A DNA stretch of 64,000 nt from Octopus vulgaris. Lineage: Eukaryota. Shown here in pieces: positions 38,871 through 51,944 of the stretch. Location of the stretch: assembly GCA_951406725.2 (NCBI GenBank), contig OX597815.1, forward strand, positions 210,118,001 through 210,182,000, in the 5' to 3' direction. The notes below the pieces were generated by a model, which had not been told where the DNA came from, did no database searches, and saw nothing but the letters and a program-made list of their open reading frames with translations. Position numbers and translations under genes: made by a program. Each line of letters begins with the position of its first letter. The stretch's first letter is position 1.

Positions 38871-41800
38871 TATGAAATAGATGTGTGAGTGTGTAATTGT
38901 GTTTGTTTGTTTGCTTGCTTGTTTGTGTGTGTGTGTGTTTCTTAGATTTCATTTTGACTGCTTTCTTCCTATTTTCTTTACGTTGTAGTGTTTTATATGT
39001 TTCATTATCTAGCCTCACTTTTTTAAAATGCCGGAGTGAGGATTGAAATATATGTGCCATTTTGTTTATATTTTTGTATCCGACAGTTTATATTGCGTAA
39101 TATGTTCCTTAATCTGATTTGACTTCATGATTATTAGTTTATAATTATGAATTCACCACTATAATTTAGTTCATTATACCTTCTATAGTTCTTCCGTTCT
39201 CACAGTTGTCTTCCATATGTTGATCTATTACAGCTTTGTATGAGCTTAGTTCTTCCAGTGTTTTAGAATACATTGTAGTGTGATACCGTAATTCTTTGTT
39301 CTATAAGATCCCTGCTATTAAAGTATTTGATATGCACATGTTAAATGAGTCAACATTTCGAATAGGAATGATCACATAAGGGAGTTATTTAAATGTTCTT
39401 ACTGGCAGTACATTTTGTCATTCGAGTATCCATGTGATTTTCAACAATTATATTCATGTATGATTCTTGAATGAAGAAAATACAACCAACGTGAAGTTGT
39501 ATTATATTCTATTGAGTTGTATTACTGAGTTCAACTGCTCTGAATGTGTAATTTAATTGTTAGACTCAGCAGACTTGTGTATTACTCAAAATTTGATCCA
39601 CCTCACCTCTGCTTAATGATGAGGTTAGAGAGGTTTTAATTATCCATCACTGAATTTTACGAGATGATAAGTTGCAATGCGATGGTAACTCAGTTGTGCA
39701 TATCGAGAAACCAAACAGAAACTCCCGTTACCGGAATGTTTTAGTCCCTTAGACTTTGAAGTGCCGACTAATATTGACTTGTTTTTCTTCTAACACATTC
39801 AGTTACAATTTCTATCATTTTCTGACTGTCGTCAGAGACTCAAATCAAAATGATTTTTCAAGTAGCTTATCTTTTTATCGTTTAGGTAGGAGGAAAGCAA
39901 TGTCCATGATACCACGCTTGACTCGTTGGCTGCCAGGTGGTGCTGTTAGACCATTAGACGTATTAAATGAACCACACAAATAGGTTTTGAAGGGATATGA
40001 ACTCAGGAGACCAAGGGAAAGAACAAATATAGTGAGATACATGGTCCTTTGCTTTGTTCAAGTCCGCCGATGCATTGATCTTTAGTGGTACGTATTTAAG
40101 GCCTCCGATATAGGGAAAACCAAACTTTGACCGTGATAGTATCTAAGTATAAAGCCCAAACAATCAGAACAAATATTGCATGAACTTCTACCCAACAATC
40201 TAACAGCTCTGTCAAATTTTCCACCCAAATGGATGAAATAATAAACGTAAGACAGGACAGAATTGAGTTTTATTTTGGGTCAAGTATAATTTTTGCTCTA
40301 ACTGAGACTTGAAGAAGTGAGCAAAAAGGTAAAGAAAGTTGTGACAAACGAACCAAAGCCTTTAGTCAGTGGAAGAGGCACTATTGCCTCAAACGTATTT
40401 CAATTTAGGAATGCAGTTCTTTCTACTACTTGAAAGTATTTATTTCTGAACGAAAACGTTCAGCCAGTACAACGTGCATTTCTGCTGTTTGTAAGGTAAA
40501 CAAATTTTCCAATTCGTGATATAATGGATGACAAATATAAAATTAAATGATATCAAGACAGCATTATCATGAATAAAGATAATTCAACGAAGCTCATAAT
40601 TTACCTTTTATATACCATATATATATATAAATATATATATATAACAGTAAAAGTTTTATACACACACACATATATACAGAAATAAGTACGTTATTAGCTT
40701 AATTTATTACGCGGCAAGCATCTATATTTTTACGTTCTGAATGAAAATAATACTTGAATATTCTCAATATATTAGTGTAGATTAGCTTACAAAATATTTT
40801 TCATGAAATACTTGTGGTCATTTGATAGGCTATGATTTCTTTGTAGCATCTTATAAATAATTTATAATTTGTGTTTAGAATTTTCTTTCTAAGAAATTAA
40901 AAGCTGATAGTTCGTAGAAGTCGATATGCTCATTCACTGGCTCCTAGGGATATTAACGACAGTTGAAAGCTTCTATTGACAAAGAAGTTAGAGATTGAAG
41001 AATATTCTGTTCGAATTTTAATCAATGTCTGTTCCTCAAGTATTTGCAAATGTCATCGAGTGATTTACACTGACAACCCTATAGGTTATTATAAATTCTG
41101 GTTTTCTACGATAGTCATTTTATTTCCGGATATCGGCTATGGTTAACAGCTCGGATTGCATAGATTTCCTAGCTATTCTTTAGGAATCCTTACAGTTTAC
41201 TGTGTCAACAATAATACTGAAAATCCTTTTGGGAGTCAACATACATAATTGAACGGAGCATTAAGTTTACTATTTTGGACTTTATTTCCCACTTATAGTG
41301 CTTCAATTGTAATTATCCAATGTAACCTAATGCAATGACTTTATCTTCTTGCTTAAAACTTTGCCGCACGTCTAGAGTTGCTTTGAAGTGGTGTACATTC
41401 TTTCAATGCATTTTCTTTCTCTTTTCGATTCCCCGAGGACCCTTTTATTTCATAATCATTTTATTCCTTCTTGTAATTGCGTTATTCTTCTCATAGTAAT
41501 TATGCTATTATATTGCAATACCTACACTTAGCAAATTCCATTCAAGTTGACTGGTCTGCAGTTCGGCTTATCTTCATGCTTAATTCACAATATCTATTTG
41601 GTAAAGGTCAATTACCTTTACTGACCACTTCAATTTTAGATTACAACAACGTGACAATAATAACAGCCATAGTATAATAACAAAGAAGTATAAAGATGGA
41701 ATTTTCAATGAAATAAGGAGCAAAATACTGAAAGTGAAAGTATAATGTGAAGTGGATAATATGAAATGAAAGTTATGCAAACATTAGATTCATATCAAAA

Positions 41801-42879
41801 TATCAGTAGAAAATGTCTCAATGAAAATTACGATATACTTCATATAGAGTGGACCAAATGAAATTATATTTATATCGAATAAGATTAAAGGAAGAAGAAT
41901 GATGTAATGAAAGGAAACCGTAAAACTGTTATAAATGTAAACTACTCATATTTAGTTAATATTTATATAAATGTATTCTAATCTAAAAGCTCATGACTAG
42001 CTCCACACGACTAACAGACATTGAATTCATTATTCGATAACTCTCTAAACTGAAAATTAAAACTGAGACGTATTATTCGATAAAATGGGAATATATGACT
42101 TTTTTTAAACTAGGTAAATGTGGATTTGCCATGAAAAATCTAAAATTTATTTAGCTAAATAACATATTGGATAGATGTCAATATAATAAACATATCTATT
42201 TTTACAATAAGCAAAGAAAAGGAATTTAAAGCATGGAGATTTGAACCGAGAAACTAGAATCACACGTCTAAATAAAGGGAGGCATTTAACTAGAGTCTAA
42301 ATAAAGGGAGACAACTAAATTTCTCTGTCTTGTTTTTAATTTTAAGACTTTCAGTTTAACTTTGTTAACATTAGTAAATACCGAAAGGTGTTCGATTATG
42401 AATGAGTAAGTGTATCTAGGATTAATTGAATCTAACTTGAGAAAAGAACATGACCTCTACATTGAAAATAATTAAAAAAAGACATTTCCGATTTAAATTG
42501 CCACTATTTATTAAAAGGTAATTTATCATAATGATAGAAATTTAGATAAATTTAACAGTTAAGTTAGTCCAGAGATACAGTTTATTGTGAAATATGGAAC
42601 ACAAACTGCCAACTCTTCTGATTACAACTCTTTATTTTATCAACATTTTGCTGTAACACTAAAAGATATCGAGAAAAATATTTCAACATTGGTTAGGGCT
42701 ACTTTTAGGAGCCAAGCGTATCGTCTTCAAAATCAATTGGTGGAAGTTTTATCTTGACCCAATCTTATCAGATCCGAGCGAGTTTTGGTTTTTATTACGT
42801 GCTGGCAACTGATACGATTGTCATCTTTATAATGATATTATCCATAATCATTTATACAAATATACATTATATATGTGTG

Positions 42880-42956
<77 letters not shown>

Positions 42957-43244
42957 TTATATATATATATATACATATACATATATTCATAAAATAAGGA
43001 TAATAATCACGTTAATGATTATTATCAGTTAGCATGGAATAAAGGTTTATAAGCAATTTACATATTAGATTGATAATTATATATATATATAATTACTTGA
43101 AAGGTGAAAGTCGAAACATGACACTTCTCCACCATGCTGGATGAATGTTGAAACGTTACGAAGCTGCCGAGAGAAACTCCTTAAATACATGCGATTGAAA
43201 GCGGGCTAGTGAGATGATATATTATAAAAAAAGACTCTACATTA

Positions 43245-43307
43245 ATTGCGAATTCGCTAATTTCAAGATTAAAATCTTAAATAGATTTTTCTGATCGTCA
43301 GTGCAAT
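43245..43307 (-). ncRNA. Type I hammerhead ribozyme
   Basis: AUUGCA CUGACGA uc-aga-aaaauc-uauuuaa-gauuuu-aa-ucu-u GAAA UU AGCG AA UU^CGCAAU. One mismatch in the first pair of stem I. Confidence 0.65.
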
Positions 43308-43439
43308 ACATGTCAAAAAAATGCAAACATGTATTAGTACATACCCATAACAAAGCGAGTTTGCACGTCTATACACAAACATTTGCAAGTATAGATTCCA
43401 AAAAAGTCAGATTTAAATTTTCTCACGACGACCACGTGC

Positions 43440-44865
43440 ATTTATATCAGAAGAGGACCACAGAAAATGCACAAACTTAGCTGACTTCCTGGAGATCCAC
43501 AAACTCCTAAATGCAAACCGGCATGGCTTTCGCTGTGACAGACACTGTCTAACACAGCTCTTACACCACATTGAAGATATACTTAAAGCCTTGGCAATAG
43601 GTTCGAACTCTGATGTCATATATCTTGACTTCAGTAAAGCGTTCGATAGGGTTGGCCATAATATCTTATTCTCAAAATTGGCAAATGTTGGAATCAGTGG
43701 AAAACTTCCACACTGGATTAAGTATTTCCTGGCGAATAGAACACAACATGTTGTGGTCGATGGAGCCCACACATGCCCAGCAGAAGTCACCAGTGGTGTC
43801 CATCAGGGGGCTATGATGGGCTTGCTCCTCTTTTAAATTTACATAAATGACCATTCCGGAGTCGTAAATCACTGCAAAGTGAAAATATTTACTGATGACA
43901 CTAAGCTCCAGCAAATCATCAATGAAGATGGAGACCGAACTCAACTCCAGTCTGATCTATATGATTTGAGTCAATGGGTAGACAAAAACAAAATGCAACT
44001 GAACGAGGGAAAATTTGAGCTGATGCATTTTGGAAGAAAGTCTATACTAAAACAGCCATACTCTTTTCCTTCAAGGGAACCGCTCATGGGATCCAATAAT
44101 ATCAGGGACCTGGGTGTAATTGTTGATAACAATCTCAGTTGGAGTGCCCATACCCACAATAAGGTCGATCTAGCTCGTAAGATGAGCTCCTGGACCTTAA
44201 GAACCTTCCGGTCCAGAAAACAAGGTGTCATCATTCCACTTTTCTCCTCCTTTGTACGGCCACACATCGAATACTACTGCCCCTTTTGGTCTCCCCATAC
44301 AAAACATCTCGAAGATTGAATCACCCCAGAGGACATTCACTAAACGAAATAAAGACATGACTGATCTCGATTACTGGGACCGTCTTAAAGCCTTGAAAGT
44401 TTACCTTCTCCAGCGTCGCCGCGAGCGGTACATCATTTGTACGATGTGGAGATTATAGCTCCAGTATTGCCCAAACGACCTGAACATTAGTTTCAAGGTT
44501 CATCCAAGGCTGGGACCACGGGCCATACGTCCCCTTCCCAATTCAGGATCACAACATATAGGTACACCGTGACATAATTTCTTTTTGCTAAACGGGCCCT
44601 GCCCTGTTTAACATTGTCCCAAAACAGATCAAAGAGGAAAAGGATCCCATCACCTTTAAACGGAGTCGAGATAGATTTCTTCAAGGAATACCAGGTAAGC
44701 CACCCATACCTGGATACAACTTACTCAACAAGAACTCACTACTTGAATGGACTATAAACAAATCTTGACTTAAAAAGGATTTATATAATCCCACCAGTTG
44801 GTGCTATTAAGTTAGACATGGCCTAGACCTCTTTGGTCGAAGCATATCTAAGTTTTATCTAAGTT
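43440..44865 (+). mobile_element. 5'-truncated CR1-clade LINE (reverse transcriptase), pseudogenised
   Basis: HGFR, YLDFSKAFDRVGH, SGVHQG, FTDDTK, RDLGV, VRPHIEY, LQRRRER. 3' tail tatctaagtt repeated. Contains stops and frameshifts. Confidence 0.92.
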
Positions 44866-44965
44866 ATATATATATATACACATATACATATACATATATA
44901 TATATATTATTCAAAGAAATTCCAACTCTGTTTTTTAATGGTTTATTTATATTCTTTATAATATT

Positions 44966-45221
44966 AATGTAGAATATAGAATATATAATATAATATATAT
45001 ATAGTAAAATGAAATGAAGTATTAATTGTCTTATTGAATAGATGAAATGTTGAATATAAAATATTAAGGGACTAGTATACTTTCATGCGTTATAGCAGTC
45101 TTCAAGGTCCCAGGTTGTGACTACATTTCATCTATTCAATAAGACAATCAATACTTCATTTCATTTTACTATATATATATATATTATTTATACTATATAT
45201 TCTATATTCTACATTTGAGTA
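44966..45221. mobile_element. Inverted-repeat element with a central hammerhead
   Basis: Arms 44966-45050 and 45123-45215. Confidence 0.75.
45068..45111 (-). ncRNA. Type I hammerhead variant (CUUGAAGA core)
   Basis: GGGAC CUUGAAGA c-UGC-uauaac-GCA-u GAAA G UAUA C UA^GUCCC. Stem III AGUAUACU is a palindrome. Confidence 0.7.
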
Positions 45222-45377
45222 TTTTTCGACTCTTATTTCTAACAACGCTGGTACTTTGTGTATTGTCAATTATAATTGATAATTAATCATAAATTTATAA
45301 ATTTGCTTTTCTGGCTTTAATGGTTGCTGTCCACTTCAATTATTGCTGTTATTTGTTATTAATAATAATAATGTCTT

Positions 45378-45416
<39 letters not shown>

Positions 45417-45691
45417 TATATATAGATATACATATTTATACCTATCTACGTACATGCGTATGCCTATATGTGTGCACGTGTGTAAGTGAGTGTGTGTGTG
45501 TGTGTGTTTGTTCGGGGTTTTTTTTTAACTGAAAAAGTGTTCAGAAGTTCCATTGAAAATAGTACCGAGAAAATATCCTGTATATTGAATGACAGAGAAA
45601 TCTGTGAAGATTCAGGTTCAGTAATATTATGTAATTGACAGTACGCTTAAAGATTTACTAAAATGTATTATGGGTTTAATTGTAGCGTGGA

Positions 45692-45827
45692 AGCCATTTA
45701 AGAAACACACAAAAACCGTTAGATTCACTTCAACATTTAAATTTAATTTGTCAAAATATTTTCGTCGCTTTGAGACCGCGCGGTTTCAAAGCGAATTTAA
45801 CAGTTTTTGTGTGTCACTTAAATGGCT
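45692..45827. repeat. Inverted repeat with a half-hammerhead relic
   Basis: Arms agccatttaagaaacacacaaaaaccgttagattc / gaatttaacagtttttgtgtgtcacttaaatggct. The minus strand keeps gcgacGAAAAUAUUU (palindromic stem III) but no CUGANGA. Confidence 0.6.
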
Positions 45828-47859
45828 GCTATTGTTTTCGTTCCAGCACACAATCTCAGAGCAGGTCACTTGCTATGCAAGTACATCTCCGTATTATGGA
45901 TCTGTTCAATTATTTCGATATATACACTGATTCAGAACAGAATGATACTACAAGGGTAAAATAAGAGAGGTTTATGTAATTAGGTTAAGGCTAAACTATT
46001 GGAAGACGCTCTGTAATGCGATTAGTGAGGCGTCACTTTACGAATTTGTGAAGACTTATGCCATAGATATGGTTAGCCGTTTATTCGGAAACAGTATGGG
46101 GGTAAGGTAATCTGTTCGCACCCCATTTAAAATCATGGTCTGACTCATAGGTGCCTTTAAAGCACTCTACTTTGTTTTAGTCATACAAACCAGATGGACC
46201 CTTTACAGGATAACTACCATTCACCACTCATGGGGCGCTTAAAACGGTTTTGGGAGCTTTCAGCCTCCTGTGAATGCGTCATACACAAACAGTATTAAAA
46301 GGCACACACACATATGAACTCACACGCACAAACCCATCTACACCCACACATGTACACACATATATCGTTTTGGTTCAGTGAAGTAGATCTTTTCTCTTTT
46401 TGGTCTCATGTTGGTTCTTATATTGAGTGATGTTTTACTTCGAAAATCTTCGCATTTTATTTATTCACAAAATATAGCATTATATTTATATTATAAAAGC
46501 AACTTTAAGAAGTACAATATTACGTTAATGAATATCTTCAAAATATTTGAAGATTTTTCTCTTTGATAATTTTCCGAATACATTTAAAATTAATGAAAAA
46601 TGTATTATGTAAGATTTGTATTTTTACTTGCAAAATAATTATTTGTGCACTCATATATAAACTATTTAAGCATATATGATAGAAAATTTATAATTTTATA
46701 TTATATTGGCGTTACAAGCATAGGTTTCAAACGAATATCTATTTTGCTTCATGGGTTGAAGTCTTAACAGTTTGTTAACAACTTTCCTTTTTTTACGAGC
46801 TTTAATTCAATTGAATATATTTTCAAAGCTTGTTGGACACATTTAAATCCATTTAAATACATATATATATCTATAATAATTAGCTTTTCTGAATTCCTTT
46901 ACAAATACGTTAAACTGTTTGATTTTTATAAATATATTAGCAGTTATGTTAGCTTCAAATACATCAACGTTCAGTTGTAATGAGAATATCCTTAAAAAAC
47001 AAAACGAAGAAAAAACAAAAACCCACACAAATAGAAACAAAACATGAATGAGTAAAGGGAGAGAAGAATTTCTTAAAAATACCATATGCAAATATTAATT
47101 TAAGGTGACTACTTTCACGTTCCAAATAATCTTGATATTGGCCTAATATGAATAGGATATATCGGTAACTCTAATGGCATTAGGAAATAAAATATTCTGT
47201 CATTTCAATATTCAGGGAAATATCTATTCAGATTTTAGATATTTATTTATTTAAATAATTTAGTTTTCAGATTTCTGTTGAGGTATATTTCGGGGAAATG
47301 TTTATTTACATATTACAGAAAGGTAATGCAGTTTATAGTTTGTATAGCTTTAATTTTAACTTCAGAACTTCAGTGCAAGATTAGTTTAGGTGGCACATGG
47401 CAGATTCAAATTCTATGGCTTCCAGTATACTTTGTGTGTGTAGCTGCAGAATCCATCTTGTATACGACAGTTTTCCGTCATTTGAGATGTTAATATTAAC
47501 TACTCGTTGAGCAGTTAACATTAGACGTATATATATAAAGATTCATTCGTGTAAAATGTCAATGTGAAGATTTGCTACGAAGTGAATGAAATTTCATATT
47601 CAATTTCTCCGTAACAGTCTGTGTAAAGTTATGTATAGATACACACAGACATACACACACATATCTATATATAGTTATGGTATATTCTGTTAAGAACGTA
47701 GTACTGTACAATATAAAGCTCGTCCACCTCCAGATTTACTAATTGCTATCCAGTAGTAGTATTAAAATTACTTCCAGGTTTTGAATTTCTCGTGTGTGAA
47801 CAGACAACTGAAAAAATTGGAGACAACAAAAAGGGGTACAGTTGGACATATATTCTTTA

Positions 47860-47965
47860 ATCACTACAATTGTTTCCACGCAACGTAGTTCTCCAGGGGT
47901 GCAAGTACTGGATGATGCAACTGTTTCGCTGCATTATGAGAGCTAGTTGTGATTCCTCAGGCGAT
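47860..47965 (-). ncRNA. Type I hammerhead with an extended branched stem II
   Basis: AUCGC CUGAGGA [~77-nt stem II] GAAA C AAUU G UA^GUGAU. Stem I is AUCGC/GUGAU. ACAAUUGU is a palindrome. Confidence 0.72.
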
Positions 47966-48154
47966 ATGTAAATATTGTCTTCTTAAGTTTAGAATCCTCG
48001 GCTCCTAGAACATCCTTTCTTTCTCTCGTGGCCTGAATTTACTACTAAATTCAGGCCACGACAGAGAGGATGTTCTTGAAGGTGAGGATTTTAAACTTGC
48101 GGAGACAATATTTACATATCACATGAAGAAACACAACTAGATCTCGTAATGCAG
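47929..48154. repeat. Diverged ~110-bp fold-back inverted repeat
   Basis: Arms 47929-48041 and 48046-48154 around the loop ctac. Confidence 0.85.
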
Positions 48155-48879
48155 GGCCCCTGAATTTTGTCCACTTGCGGGTTTATGTCTACGCAAAAAT
48201 GCAATCTATAAATGTTCAGTGACAAACGATAAACATCAAACGATATAGAATACTTGTAAATTCCTTTTATCAGTTAAAACAAAAATTCTACGGCGTTAGA
48301 CAGGTACGTAGACGATTTAAAATGACAGAACATTAATTATACATTGCCTTGTTCAATCATAGATGAGGGCCCCCACCATATAATACGATTACTGGTAGAT
48401 GTCGATTGTGTATAAAAGAATCATAGATTATACTTCGAATGTTTAATTCCGCTGTTTTAAATATGATTTTTGACGCTATTACTTCCTGCAACCATAGACA
48501 CTATTCAACTTTCATGCGACTCTTCAAATTCGAAACCACTTAGCAATATTTTCTGTTGCAGAACAACATATCGCCAATACAAATATAAATTTTAAGAAAG
48601 TCGGTAAACAATCTAATTTTTTTCTCATCAGCCCTCAAAAAATCTTCCATAATTAACATAGCTTTGTCTGCTCTTCTATAAAGCATCAAATTATCTTATA
48701 CCTGTTCAGGGACTAAATCCAAATCTAGCGTAAACACTATGTAATCTGCACGAATGTACCCCCTGAAACGTTCGTTGGAAGAACTTTTTCCCTCTAACGT
48801 GTTACCCCAAACTCTTTCTAATGCTGATTAATTCCTATATATTATATTTTAATTTTTTTTTTAAAAGAGTCCTTTTTTC

Positions 48880-48937
<58 letters not shown>

Positions 48938-48942
<5 letters not shown>

Positions 48943-49132
48943 TATATAGAAGGAGCTTCTACAGGACTAGTACTGTTTCATTCAAGAGAAATCTTCAGGG
49001 CTTCCTGAAGATTTCTCTTGAATGAAACAGTACTAGTCCTGTAGAAGCTCCTTCTATATAATAAATTAATTTTACTCTGCTATGTATTGAGTACCTTACT
49101 TACTGTGGTTAACCCCGAATCAACCCGGGACC

Positions 49133-49134
<2 letters not shown>
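48938..49134. mobile_element. Perfect ~62-bp fold-back element with a hammerhead, in (TA)n
   Basis: tttattatatagaaggagc...atcttcagg-gctt-cctgaagat...gctccttctatataataaa. (TA)n on both flanks. Confidence 0.85.
48998..49050 (+). ncRNA. Type I hammerhead ribozyme
   Basis: GGGCUUC CUGAAGA u-UUC-ucuu-GAA-u GAAA CAG UACUAGUC CUG UA^GAAGCUC. 7-bp stem I, 4-bp stem III with an ACUAGU palindromic loop. Confidence 0.85.
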
Positions 49135-49174
<40 letters not shown>

Positions 49175-49543
49175 TGTCCATGTATATTTTTAGTATTCAT
49201 ATATTTTTATATTTCGATATTTCTATATTTTTAATATATTAATATAAGAGAGTCTTGTAGTTCGCTTGAAGCATTGTGTATTGTTTGCAAAGAATAAAAA
49301 GTTTTGAATGATACTACAATGCACTATAATACAAACTGATAGACTATGGATGATTAAATTACAACATTGTTTGTATTATAGTTCAATGTTGTACCATTCA
49401 AAACTTTTTATTCTTTTTATCAATATATGTTTCGGATTGGACAATTCTTATTTTAACTTATTTTAGCGTAATTAAACGCGTATATGTGTGTATTAATCGC
49501 AGTCCGCCTGGTTTGAAGCTTTCCTATTGTATCTATTATACTT

Positions 49544-49606
<63 letters not shown>

Positions 49607-49631
49607 ATGCATATATGTGTGTGTATTATTT

Positions 49632-50051
49632 TCTGTTTTACTTGTTTTAGTAATTTGACAGCCGCCATACTGGGGCACCGCCTTTAGTCGAGCAAATCGC
49701 CCCCAGGACGTATTCTTTGTAAGCCTAGTATTTATTCTATCAGTCACTTTTTGCTGAACCACTAAGATACAGGGACGTAAACACACCAGCGTCAGTTGTC
49801 AAACGATGTAGGAGGGTCAAACACAGACACACAGACATACACACATACACACACACACACACACACACATACATATATATATATAAATATATGACGGGCT
49901 TCTTTCAGTTTCCATCTACCAAATCCACTCACAGGGCTTTGGTCGGCCCGAGGCCATAGTAGAAGACATGCAATTTCCACGCAGTAGGACTAAACCCGGA
50001 ACCATGTACTTAGTAAGCAAGCTACTTACCACACAGCCACTCCCGCGCCTA
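49632..50051 (-). mobile_element. SINE family B
   Basis: Full copy with internal (CA)n/(TA)n. Confidence 0.9.
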
Positions 50052-50131
50052 TACTATATATAACATACAATATACAAACATAGCATATTTATATAAATAT
50101 ATTTATATACACACACACACATATATGTATA

Positions 50132-50480
50132 TCATCATCATCATCATCATCGTTTAGCGTCCGCTTTCCATGCTAGCATGGGTTGGACGGGTCAACTGGG
50201 GTCTGTGAAGCTGGAAGGCTTCGTCAGGCCCAGTCAGATCTGGCAGTGTTTCTACGGCTGGATGCCCTTCCTAACGCTAACCACTCCGCGAGTGTAGTGG
50301 GTGTTTTTTTACGTGCCACCTGCACAGGTGCCAGACAGAGCTGGCGAACGGCCACGAACGGATGGTGCTTTTACGTGTCACCGGCACGGGGCCAGGCGAT
50401 GCTGGCAACGGACACGAACGGATGGTGCTTTTACGTGCCACCGACACGGGGCCAGACAGAGCTGGCAACCGGCCACGAAC
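50132..50480 (-). mobile_element. SINE family C 3' part with (GAT)n tail and internal 60-bp repeats
   Basis: (cat)n-cgtttagcgtccgctttccatgc...ggatgcccttcctaacgc. ttttacgtg(c/t)cacc units repeat about every 60 bp. Confidence 0.75.
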
Positions 50481-50871
50481 ATATATAATATTTTGGTATA
50501 CTTTTATACGTATTTTCTATTCGATCTTCTGCTGATATTCTAACGTATAGGAATTAATTATAACCAATTTTCAATTAATGTCTATAGTAGTGATGAAATG
50601 TGTATAGTTAAAATTAGTTTTAGTACTGTCGTTACTAATTCCGTCAAGGATTACTGTCTACATGAAAGCTTCATGTGCTACAAGCCAAATTTTCATTTGT
50701 AGCAAACTTGATACTGACGTAAACAAACATTTTACGTTGAGCTATAAAATTTTTAGCAACATTCGCTCTCTCTTTGTATCATATTATATCATATCATATT
50801 ATATTATATTATATATGCATATCTATGTAAACCTATGTATATAGATAGGTCGCTAGATATGTCCATATTTG

Positions 50872-51770
50872 CAACATCTGTCTGCTTTCGAATTGTGCTT
50901 GCACAGGGTCCATCCGGACTCCCGTCTTCGCCGTGAACAGGGATTGATCTCCTCTCTTTGCTCCTTTGCGCCACATGGGCTCAAATCTCCTCCCTTCTTC
51001 AACTAACCCTCCTCCCCGGTCCGCTCTTCCTCTCACACCTACTTCCTCCCAACCACTTCTCCTCTCTTGCTTCGACTCCTACTTCTTCTTTTCACTCCTA
51101 CCCTCCTTCTCTCTTCTCTTCACTCCTACCCACCTCCCTTCATCGTCACCCCTCCCTCGTAATCCAACCCCACTTTCCCTATCCATCCTATCCCACCCCA
51201 CCCCTTACACCCACTCCCACATACCCACATCTACTCCCACTCACAGTCTAACTCCCACCCCCATCCTTGCTTCTCCACTCTCACCTCCCCAATTCCAACA
51301 CCACCATACCACACAACACCATACCACACCACATCACATCACGCCACCACGCACACACTACTACTGACCTCTTCCCAGCACCCACACTATCACCCACACA
51401 CCTACACATGCAATCACGCACACGTCAAGGTTACCAGCCCTCTTCAACACGCACATACATGCTCTCTTATACATACGCACGCGCACCTTCGTTTTGGGAA
51501 CACCACTACTTTATTATCTCCCCTCTTTCCTAGCTCTCTTGTGTGACCCCTCTGTCCAGCATTCGCCATGATAGATCGCTAGCAACTACATATTCTTTAT
51601 TTTCTCTCCCTGTTTCTTTCTGTGTTCCTTTCTGTGGAAGAACGTAGGCTCGAAACGTTAAACACTTTTTCACTTCCCGAGCGTTAAACTAATAGATCTG
51701 TTTGCTGTCTACACCACCTGTCTTCGTCTTTTGTTTTTTTTTGTGAATTTTCCCTACATATAAACTGAGG
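50872..51770 (+). mobile_element. Penelope-like element 3' end: GIY-YIG endonuclease C-terminus, C-rich linker, pLTR with a decayed hammerhead
   Basis: 50872-51006 encodes QHLSAFELCLHRVHPDSRLRREQGLISSLCSFAPHGLKSPPFFN*, matching the R..RE..I..L....P.GLN end of PLE GIY-YIG domains. 51628-51663 reads cuuu-CUGUGGA-agaac-guag-gcuc-GAAACGUU-aaac. Confidence 0.7.
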
Positions 51771-51944
51771 GAGAGAGAAAGAGTGTAGGAGGGAGCAAAT
51801 AGAAATACAGATACATACATATACACATGCATGCATACCTACATACATAACAGATACATTCATGCATACATACATATACACACACACATACATACATACA
51901 TACATACATACATACAAACATACATACATACATACATACATGTG

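Noticed and set aside
43133-43165. Plus-strand CUGGAUGA-auguu-GAAACGUU
   Set aside because: No stem I or stem II pairing.
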